Of a stretch of DNA of 64,000 nt, positions 10,055-19,301 are shown in pieces. The DNA is from Candidatus Marinacidobacterium sp. (lineage in GTDB: Bacteria; Acidobacteriota; Vicinamibacteria; Marinacidobacterales; Marinacidobacteraceae): assembly GCA_965204755.1 (NCBI GenBank), contig OZ242011.1, positions 3,232,001-3,296,000 of the forward strand, in the 5' to 3' direction. The stretch's first letter is position 1. The number at the start of each line of letters is the position of its first letter. The notes beneath the pieces were generated by a model that was not told the DNA's origin, made no database searches, and saw only the letters and a list, made by a program, of their open reading frames with translations. Made by a program: the position numbers and the translations under genes.

Positions 10055-10993
10055 TCAGCGGGCGCCGGGCGAGCGCGCGGCGGGGGCGGCTTCGCGCCGG
10101 CGGACGAGGCGGAGCAGCAGGTCGTTCCACGGGGTGGGGACGCCGGCGGCGCGGCCGCGGGCGGAGATGACGCCGTTGATGGCCTCGATCTCGGTGCGGC
10201 GTCCGCGTTCGAGGTCCTGCAACATGCTGGAGCGGTTTTCCGGGGTCGCCGCCGCCACCCGGCGGATGGTCGCTTCGACTTCGCCCGGCTCGCAGGGGAC
10301 GCCTTCGCTCCCGGCGACCCGGCAGGCTTCCGCCGCGACCCGGCTCACGACCAGGCGGCGCCCCGGGTCGGCGAGGAGTTCCCCGGTGCGGAGCCCGAGC
10401 AGCGCCGTTACCGGGTTCACGGCGGCGTTCAGGATCACCTTCTCCCAGAGCGGTTTGCGGATGTCCTCGGTTTCGCGGGCCGGGAAGCCGACGGCGCGGA
10501 AGAGCGCGGCGAGTCGGGCGGCGGCGTCCGCCGGGGTATCGGGCGAGAACGCCCCGAGGACGACCTCGCCGAGTCCCGCGTGGAAGACCTCGCCGTCCTC
10601 CCGCAGCGTGGCGCCGTTGTTCGTAACCGCGCCGAGCACGGGATGCCCGCCGTCGGCGAGGATCTCTTCGTTGCCGAGTCCGTTCTGCAGCGAGACGCGA
10701 ACGGGGTCGTCGGGGAGGCGGTCGAGCGCGGCGGCGGCCTCCGCGGTGTCGGACGACTTCACGGTTACCAGCGCGAAGTCCGGGCGGAAGTCGGCGAGTT
10801 CCTCGGGCGAGGCCGCGGCCGGGAGCCGAACCGCGGCCTCGGTGGCGCCGGTGACGCGGAGTCCGTCGCGGCGGATCGTTTCCAGCCGGGCGCCGCGGGC
10901 GGTTACGGCGACTTCGTGGCGCGAGGCGAGGCGCGCCGCGAAGACGCTCCCCGTCGCCCCGGCGCCGAACACCAGGAACCGGGGCGCCGTCAT
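10055..10993 (-). CDS. panE: 2-dehydropantoate 2-reductase
   Basis: GAGATG, LQNGLG, WEKVILNAAVN, SSMLQD, TEIEAING. Confidence 0.92.
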   Translation of the reverse strand: MTAPRFLVFGAGATGSVFAARLASRHEVAVTARGARLETIRRDGLRVTGATEAAVRLPAAASPEELADFRPDFALVTVKSSDTAEAAAALDRLPDDPVRVSLQNGLGNEEILADGGHPVLGAVTNNGATLREDGEVFHAGLGEVVLGAFSPDTPADAAARLAALFRAVGFPARETEDIRKPLWEKVILNAAVNPVTALLGLRTGELLADPGRRLVVSRVAAEACRVAGSEGVPCEPGEVEATIRRVAAATPENRSSMLQDLERGRRTEIEAINGVISARGRAAGVPTPWNDLLLRLVRRREAAPAARSPGAR

Positions 10994-11075
10994 CGGTAGA
11001 GAGCGTACCGGGGGTTTGGGACGGCGCATGATGCGCGGGTTCGCGCCGGGCCGCGGCGGCGGTCCGCCGGCGGCC

Positions 11076-12746
11076 TTACCCGGTGCCCTTCGGCAGGAGT
11101 TCCTCGGCGATCCGGTCCAGTTTCTCGCGGACTTCGGGGTGGATCTCCTCGGGCTTCATGACCGCGGCGAGTTGGTAGAGGTCGGTCTTCTTCGTCCGCC
11201 GCCCGGCGCGTGCGAGCATGGGGAGGAGGATGTCCTCGCTCGCCTTCACTCGTCTGAGCAGAGGGTGGTCGCCGAAGAAATCCGTACCGTCCGGCAGTTG
11301 CCGACGGAACTCGGCGTCGATCTCGTCAGGGCTCGTCCCCGTAGTTCTTTCGACGAATCGCCTGATGGCGTCGGGGTGGAGCAGGTAGTTCTCGATTTCG
11401 TACCGGCGCCACTGCAGCACGAAGAACCCCGCTTGGTCGGCGCCCTCGTCCTTCCCGTCGCGGTTGTTGCCGTCGAGCAGGCACAGGCCGGGCAACTCCG
11501 GGAACTCGGTCCGCAGCAGGGAGAAGTGGCGGCGCGCCTGCTTCGGCAGCCGCCCGCGAAGCCGGCGGATGTTGGGCAGCGCGAAGAACTTCCTCGCCGG
11601 GTGTTCGAGGATGCGGGCCCATTCCCGCAGGATGTCCTCGTCGGACCCGTCCTCGACATAGAGGATCGCGCCGCGCTCCCGAGCGCGCAGGAGGTCGGAG
11701 ACTTCGAGTTCCCGAAGGGCCTCCACGAGTCGCGTCCGGTCCTGCGATGTCGACAGCGAGCGGGGACCGGTTGAGAAGAAACCGAGGATCTCGGACGGGT
11801 CAGTGGCGTTGAGGACGACCTCGGAGTGCGTTGCCGCGATGAGTTGGCCGCCGCGCCGGGAGATGACTTCGCGGATTCGTTGGACGACCTGCTTCTGCCG
11901 CAAAACATGTTGATGGGCGTCCGGCTCGTCCATCAGGATGACGGAACCGCGCCGGGCATGGAGGAACGCGAAGAGCAGGATCACCTGCAGCGCGCCCGTT
12001 CCCGCGCTCGACAGATCGAGAGGCCTCCGGTGTCCGTGCGCCCGGTACTCACAGCGGATGTAGGCGTCTGCCGGCGCATAGAGCGGTTTTTCCAGTTGGA
12101 TGCCGAGGATTCCCTCGACTACCTCCCGGAGAGCCGGCCAGTCTTCGGTATTCGCGCTGATTTCCAGCAGAAGGTTCCGCAGGATCTCCCCGGTGCGTCC
12201 CTGTCCGACCAGCAGATCCTGCATCCCGCGGTCATGGCGCTGTTCTTCTCGCGCGATTCCCGCAAGCGCCGGGACCTGAACCACTACGAGAGCCCGTGCG
12301 CCCGGGGGCGGGAATGACTCGAACTGTTGGCTGCTCATGTTCTTGACTGCCAACGGGCGCGCATAGAGGAGTTCCGAACTGTGGTACTGGAACTCCATTC
12401 CGCAGGTCCAGGTGTCGCCTTCGGTCTCGGCCTCGACAACGATCTCGATGCGTCGGGGTGTCCTGGGATCGAAGCGAACGGTGCGCTGTTCCCAAAGCAA
12501 GTTCAACTCGCGGACGGGAACCGGAGTGAACTGGCTACGAGTGATGGACGCACCGGTGCGTGCCCTGGCGCGGCTCCGAATGCGGTGCGCCAGCCACCGA
12601 TCCAATCCGAACTTCCAGGTCGAAATCGCCTGGAGCAGCGTCGTCTTGCCGGAGTCGTTCGCGCCCGCGAGGACGACGGACTCGGAGAGGTCGAAGACCT
12701 CCTCTTCGAACCGCTTGAAGTGGCGGACGGTGACGCGGCGGATCAT
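11076..12746 (-). CDS. ABC-type ATPase fused to TOPRIM-like nuclease (OLD/PARIS-like architecture)
   Basis: Walker A GANDSGKT, signature LSSAGTG, Walker B LMDEPDAH, ATHSE, then YVEDGSD and RRYEIENY. Confidence 0.78.
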   Translation of the reverse strand: MIRRVTVRHFKRFEEEVFDLSESVVLAGANDSGKTTLLQAISTWKFGLDRWLAHRIRSRARARTGASITRSQFTPVPVRELNLLWEQRTVRFDPRTPRRIEIVVEAETEGDTWTCGMEFQYHSSELLYARPLAVKNMSSQQFESFPPPGARALVVVQVPALAGIAREEQRHDRGMQDLLVGQGRTGEILRNLLLEISANTEDWPALREVVEGILGIQLEKPLYAPADAYIRCEYRAHGHRRPLDLSSAGTGALQVILLFAFLHARRGSVILMDEPDAHQHVLRQKQVVQRIREVISRRGGQLIAATHSEVVLNATDPSEILGFFSTGPRSLSTSQDRTRLVEALRELEVSDLLRARERGAILYVEDGSDEDILREWARILEHPARKFFALPNIRRLRGRLPKQARRHFSLLRTEFPELPGLCLLDGNNRDGKDEGADQAGFFVLQWRRYEIENYLLHPDAIRRFVERTTGTSPDEIDAEFRRQLPDGTDFFGDHPLLRRVKASEDILLPMLARAGRRTKKTDLYQLAAVMKPEEIHPEVREKLDRIAEELLPKGTG

Positions 12747-12765
12747 GAGCGGCGAATGTCGGCGC

Positions 12766-13593
12766 CTACGGCCGGTTCAGGTTCCAGTCGTAGTCGAGGA
12801 ATCGTACGGGCGCGGAGTCGTTCCCGTCGAGCAGCGTCCGCGCCTCGTCGTTGTAGCGGGCGGCGAACTCGGCGACCGACGGCTCGGCGCCCCGGTTCCC
12901 GGGATCGGTGAAGTCGTCCCCGAACCAGTCCAGGATGCGCGTCAGCACCACGGTCCCGTCCTCCGCCCGGACATAGTCGCGGTCGCCGAGCGTCCGCGCG
13001 GCGGCGGCCTCCAGTTGCTCTTCCAGCCCGTCGCCGGTGAAGGCGTGCTCCGGGAGGGGCGGGCAGGAGAGCGAGGCGCAGTTCACGGCGAAGTGGACGC
13101 GCGGGTCCCGGAAGATCGGACGCAGCACGCCGTGCTCCATGTCGTCGAGGCTGAGCGCGTGTCCGCCCACCGTGTGCGCGGTCACGCCGAACACATCCTC
13201 GATGTCGCGGATGCTCTCGATGCCGAAGTCCCCCTCCGGCGAGACCCGGTTCAGGATGGTCTTGACGGTATAGGCGTTGTAGGCGTTGATGAAGAGCGCC
13301 GCGAGTTCGTCCCCGGAGAGCGACGGGATGTCCGCCGCGCCGAGGGCGGCGAGGTACCGGTCGAGCGCCGCTTCTTCCCGCTTCAGGCCGGCGTAGTCGA
13401 ACCGGCGGCCGCGCTCCCGGGCGTAGGCGCGCGCCAGCCGATCCCATTCGGAGTGGTCGAACGCGGCGCCTCCGGAGGCGATGCCCCGCTCGATGAGTTC
13501 CGGGAGCGTTCCCTCGATGACCTCGGCGCGGGGAACGCACGCGGCGAGAGCGAGCAGGAGCGCCGCGGGAGCGGTTCGGGTGAGTTTCGGCAT
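12766..13593 (-). CDS. DUF547-domain lipoprotein
   Basis: LALAAC lipobox; LFINAYNAYT, SLDDMEHGVLR, DPRVHFAVNCASLSCP, YDWNLN. Confidence 0.88.
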   Translation of the reverse strand: MPKLTRTAPAALLLALAACVPRAEVIEGTLPELIERGIASGGAAFDHSEWDRLARAYARERGRRFDYAGLKREEAALDRYLAALGAADIPSLSGDELAALFINAYNAYTVKTILNRVSPEGDFGIESIRDIEDVFGVTAHTVGGHALSLDDMEHGVLRPIFRDPRVHFAVNCASLSCPPLPEHAFTGDGLEEQLEAAAARTLGDRDYVRAEDGTVVLTRILDWFGDDFTDPGNRGAEPSVAEFAARYNDEARTLLDGNDSAPVRFLDYDWNLNRP

Positions 13594-13608
13594 CGGGTTT
13601 CTCCGTCT

Positions 13609-14520
13609 TCAGTCTTGCGGGGCCGAAGCGGCGGGTTCGCCGGTCTCGACCGGCCGGGCGGGATCGGCGCACCACTCCGACCACGACCCCGAATACACGG
13701 CGACGCCGTCGAACCCGGCGAGCGTCAGGGCGAGCGCGTCGTGCGCGGCGGTGAGCCCGGAACCGCAGTAGCAGACGATCCGCCGCCCGCCGCGCCCTTC
13801 CGCGAGCGGGGCGAAGCGGCGCGCGAGTTCCGCGCTCGGAAGGAAATGGCCGTCGGCGTCGAGATTCCCCTTCCAGAGGTGGTTGCGCGCGCCGGGGATC
13901 CGACCGGCGACCGGGTCGAACGGCTCGATCTCCCCGCGCCAGCGCTCCGGCTCCCGCGCGTCGAGCAAGAGGTCGGCGCCGGCGTCGAGTCCGGCGGCCA
14001 CTTCGCCCGCATCCGGCGAGAGCGACGCCACCGGTTGCGGCGCGAACGAGCGCGCCGCGCGGGTTTCCACTCCGGAGCGCAGTTCACCGCCGGCGCCGCG
14101 CCAGGCGGACAGCCCGCCGTCGAGGAGGGCGGCCCGCCGATGGCCGAGCAGCCGCAGCATCCACCAGAGCCGCGCCGCATACATCCCGGCGGAGGCGTCG
14201 TAGGCGACGACCGCGGTCCCGGGGCCGATCCCGAGGCGTCCGAGGGCGGCAGCCATCCCGGCCACCGGGGGCAGGGGATGGCGCCCGTTCCGGCCGGTCT
14301 TCGGGGCGGAGAGGTCGGCCTCGATGTCGGCGAAGACCGCGCCGGGGATATGCCCCTCCCGGTAGCGCTTCCGCCCCGCCGGGGGATCGCGGAGGTCGAA
14401 CTGGACATCCACGACCAGCAGGTCGGGCCGATCCCCCGCATCCAACCGTTCGCGCAGCCAGCCGGCGGACACCAGCGGACCGAATTCCGCCGTTTCGCGT
14501 CCCGCCGCCGGGTCGTTCAT
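13609..14520 (-). CDS. sseA: Two-domain rhodanese / 3-mercaptopyruvate sulfurtransferase
   Basis: GHIPGAVF, GRHPLP, YCGSGLTA active loop, YSGSWSEW. Confidence 0.88.
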   Translation of the reverse strand: MNDPAAGRETAEFGPLVSAGWLRERLDAGDRPDLLVVDVQFDLRDPPAGRKRYREGHIPGAVFADIEADLSAPKTGRNGRHPLPPVAGMAAALGRLGIGPGTAVVAYDASAGMYAARLWWMLRLLGHRRAALLDGGLSAWRGAGGELRSGVETRAARSFAPQPVASLSPDAGEVAAGLDAGADLLLDAREPERWRGEIEPFDPVAGRIPGARNHLWKGNLDADGHFLPSAELARRFAPLAEGRGGRRIVCYCGSGLTAAHDALALTLAGFDGVAVYSGSWSEWCADPARPVETGEPAASAPQD

Positions 14521-14557
14521 GCCGGGGAGGGTACCCGGCGGCCTCCGGGCGCGCCGG

Positions 14558-16246
14558 TCAGGAAGGGGCCGATCCGGAGGAGGCGTGGGCCAGGGGCGGC
14601 GGAGGGTCGAGCAGGAACTTCCGCAGCCAGTCCGGCGGCCCGCAGTCCGGTCGCATCGCGACAGCGCCGACCCGATGCTCGCAGATGTAGGACTCGTCCG
14701 CCAGCCAGGTGTAGCCGTCGTGCTCCACTGCCGAGGTCGTGGGCGCCACGATCAGCGTCGCCGCCGGTCGGAGTCCCTTCCGGCCCCAGCGCAGGCCGTC
14801 TTGGTAGGCGTGCGCCGTGTCCCCGATCTCGTTCAGGAGGTTCTTCGCCGTGTATTTGGAGTCGAGGAGCACGAAATCCGTTACCTGCCCGTCCCGACTG
14901 CGCGTCAGGAGGAGATCGGGACGGCGTTCCCGCGAGACCGCCCAGCCGTCTTCCCCCGGAACGCCCCAAGTGTTGCGGAAGGTGGATTGGAGATGGAGGG
15001 TGAGTGTGACCCCTCCCGCGCTTCCGACGACTTGCCGCCGGTCGCTCCCTTCCTTCCCGCCCGGAGTCCAGTCCCACTCCGGAAGCCACTTGCGAAGTCG
15101 TTTCGCCAGCGCGACGAAGCACCATCGCTCGTAGATCTCCCAGGTCGGGGCGAGGGGAAGCAGGTCGGTGCGGTCGAGCCCGTACACCCCGGGCCGCAGC
15201 GCCGCCCAGGCGGTCTGCCAGAACCGGGAGTAGATCGGGTGCGCGGAGACCGCGTTCAGGCCGGCGGCGGTCACTTCCGCGCGGGTGACTTGCGAAAACG
15301 GCGGACGCCTCTCCGCGGCGCGGAAGGCGCGCTCCATCTCTCCGAGCAGGGCCACGCGCTCCGGCAGCCGGGCGGCGAGCGCGGTCCGGGTGTCCGATTC
15401 CTGCCGGTCGGCGAGTTCCCGGAGCCGCTTCGGGAGTTCGGCGGCGCGGCGAACCAGGGCGCGCAGCATCAACAGCGCGGCGCGGTTCGCGGGGGAATCC
15501 ACCGTGCGCTCCACCGCCGGCGTGTCGAAGATGGGCTCGGCGGAAATTCCGGGAGTCGACCGGCGGGCTGCGGCCTCCGCGCCGCGTTTCCGAGCGGCCG
15601 GAAGCGACTCGAGCGCGGCCCGGCTGCCGAGCGCCGCCCGCAGCGTGCGAAGGTCGGCGCGTCGGACTTCCCGGAGCGGGACGAAGCGGCGGCGGGGGCG
15701 GAGCACCGTCGCCGGGTCCCGACGCACCGCGGCGATCGCGGCGTCGAGTGGTTCCCGGCGGCTTCGCAGGCGCTCGAAGAGCACCAGCGGGTCGTCCGTC
15801 GGGCCGACGGCCCCCATCTTTCGCTTCGCCGGTTCCTCGCCGAGCAACAGGGCGGCGTCGAAGTCCAGGATCTCTTCGACCATGCGCTCGAAGACCTCGC
15901 CGCCGAGTTTCTCGGGCGCCGGCCCGACATCGAGTCGGTAGGTCGCGAGCGTCTGTCCGCCGGCGTCGACGAGCCGCGCCCGGACTTCGCCGGCGAAGAA
16001 GCCGGGCGTCCACTTCCAGCAGATGGCGCCGTCCGTGGTTTCTTCTGCTTCCAGGAGTTCGTCGTCCACGAAGAGGCGCAGGCCGCGATCCTTCGGCGCG
16101 GCGGCGATGAAGACGGTCTTCCGGAGTTCGGAGAACCCGCCGTTGACTTCGCGCGGATCGAGCGGCTTCCCGTTCTGGACGCGCAACGCGACCGCGCCGT
16201 CCGCCACGGCGTCACCGGGCGGCCGGAGACTCGGCATCTCGTTCAT
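14558..16246 (-). CDS. mcrC: McrC-like DUF2357 / PD-(D/E)XK nuclease
   Basis: From MNEMPSL (ATG 16246); RTVDSPANR, WEIYERWCF, RRPDLLL...LLDSKY catalytic motif; directly downstream of two McrB-like genes. Confidence 0.85.
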   Translation of the reverse strand: MNEMPSLRPPGDAVADGAVALRVQNGKPLDPREVNGGFSELRKTVFIAAAPKDRGLRLFVDDELLEAEETTDGAICWKWTPGFFAGEVRARLVDAGGQTLATYRLDVGPAPEKLGGEVFERMVEEILDFDAALLLGEEPAKRKMGAVGPTDDPLVLFERLRSRREPLDAAIAAVRRDPATVLRPRRRFVPLREVRRADLRTLRAALGSRAALESLPAARKRGAEAAARRSTPGISAEPIFDTPAVERTVDSPANRAALLMLRALVRRAAELPKRLRELADRQESDTRTALAARLPERVALLGEMERAFRAAERRPPFSQVTRAEVTAAGLNAVSAHPIYSRFWQTAWAALRPGVYGLDRTDLLPLAPTWEIYERWCFVALAKRLRKWLPEWDWTPGGKEGSDRRQVVGSAGGVTLTLHLQSTFRNTWGVPGEDGWAVSRERRPDLLLTRSRDGQVTDFVLLDSKYTAKNLLNEIGDTAHAYQDGLRWGRKGLRPAATLIVAPTTSAVEHDGYTWLADESYICEHRVGAVAMRPDCGPPDWLRKFLLDPPPPLAHASSGSAPS

Positions 16247-16269
16247 GGTGGAGCCTTCGAACCCGGTCG

Positions 16270-17211
16270 TCAGCGCCAGAAACTGCAACTGCCGGCGGCT
16301 TCCAGGTCCTCTTGCAGGCCTCGAACCTTGGTGGCGCACCTGTCGAGGCCGGCGTTCTCCAGCACGGCGACCGTGTCCTCCAAACACCTGCGGAATCGTG
16401 GCGTGTCGCTCCCCCGCAGTTTCGGGAGCACCTTGGCGTAGATCACCCGGTCGAGCGCGGCGTCGGCGCCGATCTCGATCCCGGAGTCGCGGGAGCGTCC
16501 CTCGAGGAAACCCACGACCTCCGCAATCACCCGCCAGCCGAAGTGCCGCCGCGCCGGCGAGAGTGTCTTCGCGAGGGCCGCCAGCAGGCCGCGAACCTTC
16601 CTTTTCTCGCCTTCGTCGAGTTCGCGCGACTCCCAGCCGGGCCACTCCTCCGGCTCGATGTCCCAGAACTCGAGGGTGAACGCGCGGTCGAGCACCTTGT
16701 CCGAGATGCCCATCGTCGTCTCGTCCATGTTCACCGTCCCGATGATGACCAGGTTCTTGGGGTAGGCCACGCCGGTCGGTACGCCCAACTCGTCCGGATC
16801 GCCGCGGTGGAGGGGGATCTCCCCGTCCGCGATCTCCATCGCGCTCAGGATCGGGGCGAAGTACTGCTCCGGGTGCGACAGGTTCATCTCGTCCAGGATC
16901 AGGACATGGGTCTCGTCGGGCTTCGCCGCGGCTTCGAGCAGGAAGTTCAGGAACTCGGTGCGCGCGTAGCCGCCGGTCAGCGGATTCACATACCCGAGCA
17001 GCGGGCCGGGGTCGTGCCAACCGGGATGGACGGCGATGACCTCGACGGGCCCTCCGGTGTCGCTCTCCGCCCCGGTGAGCGCCATGGCGTAGTGGAGCGC
17101 GATCCGGGTCTTCCCGGTCCCGGACAGCCCGGAGAGAACCGCGAAGTGCCGCTGTTCGTCCGCCCACAGCCCGAGATGCAGCGCCTCCACGAGCGACCGC
17201 TCGAACCGCAG
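16270..17211. repeat. ~940-bp direct repeat, copy B (AAA module of McrB copy 2)
   Basis: Aligns without gaps to 18360..19301 at a constant 2090-bp offset; mostly identical and ends at the stop codon. Confidence 0.93.
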
Positions 17212-18363
17212 ATTCTCCGCGCCGGCTTGGCGGGCCATCGTTCCCCACAACTTGGCGAACTCGCTCAACCCCGAGAACAGGCCGTCGATCGGATACACGC
17301 GCTGCGGTCTGTCGAAGATTCCGGGGTCGGTGAAATCGCTGCGCGGAATCTCGGCAGGCGCCCACTTCACCGGCCGCGTATGCCGATGCTGTCCGTTCAC
17401 TTCGCCGTGCTCGTACTCCCCGTCGACGGTTCCCCACGCGATGCGCCTCCCGGCTTGCCGGCGGGGAAGGATCACGATGTCGCCCCCACGCATCTCCCGG
17501 GCGAACTTCCAGACCTGCGCGGCCCGGCCCGCCACTCCCTGCAACGACTGCTCCGGGTTCTGCTGGTGAACGACGGTGCGGTAACGCCGGAAGTCGCTGG
17601 TATCGGGGGCGGGCAGGTCGGCGAAGCCGATCATGGCCAAGCGGTTGGACAGCACGAAGTCTTCCGGGCCCTTCTCGTCGTGCTCGCCGGCCCGGACCAC
17701 CCAGATCGTCGGCCGGGTTTCTTCGGGCGGCTCGTGTCCGTTCCGCTCTCGCGACAGCAGACTGAGTTCGTTGACCAGGAGCATCCGCTCCGCCGTCCCT
17801 GCCAGTGCGTCCGCCGGCGCCCCGATCACTTCCCGGAGCCGGTCGAGCACGAGGCGGTGCGCCCCAATCGGATTGTTTCCGGGAACGGGACATCCGATGG
17901 CTCTCGAGAGTCCTACGATCCAATCCTTGTAGGCGAGGCCGGTGAAGTCCTCGGGGAAAAAGAGGGCCAGCGTGCGCAGGCTCTCGATCCACGGCTTTCT
18001 GGCGCCGCCCTTCGCGATCCGTTCCAGCGCATCGTCGTTCAGTCTTCGAAGGAACCGGACGCGCTCGTCCCGGCCCTCCGGCGGCGTCTGGACGGTCCGG
18101 CTCGCAAACCAGGCGCAGAAGTCCGCGTCGAGGAAACCGAAGTCCTTGACGAGGCCGCCCTCCCACAGCGTGCGGTCCGCCCAGACCTCACGCTGAAAGG
18201 CATCTGCCGCCCGCTCGCTTCGGTTCGCGTCGCGGATCCGCTGAAGCAACCGCGCCAGTCTCTCCACCCGTTCGGGGGCGACCCGCTCCCCGGCCCGCCG
18301 GCAGGCGGTCCTCAGCCCCTCGTCGGTCTTGAGTTCGAGGGGCGCCCGATCGGCCGGCGTCAT
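16270..18363 (-). CDS. mcrB: McrB-like AAA+ GTPase, copy 2 (helical N-domain, WxVRAG PUA/EVE-like domain, AAA)
   Basis: GLSGTGKT, LILDEMNLS, GTVNMDE (NxD signature), KVLDRA, KVLPKLRG; ATG 18363 overlaps the stop of copy 1. Confidence 0.9.
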   Translation of the reverse strand: MTPADRAPLELKTDEGLRTACRRAGERVAPERVERLARLLQRIRDANRSERAADAFQREVWADRTLWEGGLVKDFGFLDADFCAWFASRTVQTPPEGRDERVRFLRRLNDDALERIAKGGARKPWIESLRTLALFFPEDFTGLAYKDWIVGLSRAIGCPVPGNNPIGAHRLVLDRLREVIGAPADALAGTAERMLLVNELSLLSRERNGHEPPEETRPTIWVVRAGEHDEKGPEDFVLSNRLAMIGFADLPAPDTSDFRRYRTVVHQQNPEQSLQGVAGRAAQVWKFAREMRGGDIVILPRRQAGRRIAWGTVDGEYEHGEVNGQHRHTRPVKWAPAEIPRSDFTDPGIFDRPQRVYPIDGLFSGLSEFAKLWGTMARQAGAENLRFERSLVEALHLGLWADEQRHFAVLSGLSGTGKTRIALHYAMALTGAESDTGGPVEVIAVHPGWHDPGPLLGYVNPLTGGYARTEFLNFLLEAAAKPDETHVLILDEMNLSHPEQYFAPILSAMEIADGEIPLHRGDPDELGVPTGVAYPKNLVIIGTVNMDETTMGISDKVLDRAFTLEFWDIEPEEWPGWESRELDEGEKRKVRGLLAALAKTLSPARRHFGWRVIAEVVGFLEGRSRDSGIEIGADAALDRVIYAKVLPKLRGSDTPRFRRCLEDTVAVLENAGLDRCATKVRGLQEDLEAAGSCSFWR

Positions 18364-19301
18364 CGCCAGAAACTGCAACTGCCGGTCGCGTCCAGGTCTT
18401 CCTTCAGACTCCGAACCTTCCGGGCGCACATCTCGAGTCCCGCCTTCTCCAGCGCGGCGGCCGTCTCGTCCAGGCACTTGCGGAACCGGGGCGTGTCGCT
18501 TCCCCGCAGTTTCGGCAGCACCTTGGCGTAGATCACCTGGTCGAGCGCCGCGTCAGGGCCGATCTCGATTCCGGAGTCGCGGGAGCGTCCCTCCAAGAAG
18601 CCCACGACTTCCGAGATCACCCGCCACCCGAAGTGCCGCCGCGCCGGCGAGAGAGTCCTCGTGAGGGCCGCCAGCAGGCCGCGAACCTTCGCCTTCTCGC
18701 TTCCGTCGAGTCCGCAGGACTCCCAGCCGGGCCACTCCTCGGGCTCGATGTCCCAGAACTCGAGAGTGAACGCGCGGTCGAGCACCTTGTCCGAGATCCC
18801 CATCGTGGTCTCGTCCATGTTGACCGTCCCGATGAGGACCAAGTTCTTCGGGTAGGGGACTCCCGTCGGGACGCCCAACTTTTCGGGGTCGCCGCGGTGG
18901 AGCGGGATCTCGCCGTCGGGGATCTCCATCGCGCTCAGGATCGGCGCGAAGTACTGCTCCGGGTGCGACAGGTTCATCTCGTCCAGGATCAGGACATGGG
19001 TCTCCTCCGGTTTGGCCGCGGCTTCGAGCAGGAAGTTCAGGAACTCGGTGCGCGCGTAGCCGCCGGTCAGCGGGTTCACATACCCGAGCAGCGGGCCGGG
19101 GTCGTGCCAACCGGGATGGACGGCGATGACCTCGACCGGCCCTCCGGTGTCGCTCTCCGCCCCGGTGAGCGCCATCGCGTAGCGCAACGCGATCTGGGTC
19201 TTCCCGGTCCCGGACAGCCCGGAGAGAACTGCGAAGTGCCGCTGCTCGTCCGCCCACAGCCCGAGATGCAGCGCCTCCACCAACGACCGCTCGAACCGCA
19301 G
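18360..19301. repeat. ~940-bp direct repeat, copy A (AAA module of McrB copy 1)
   Basis: Near-identical to 16270..17211. Confidence 0.93.
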
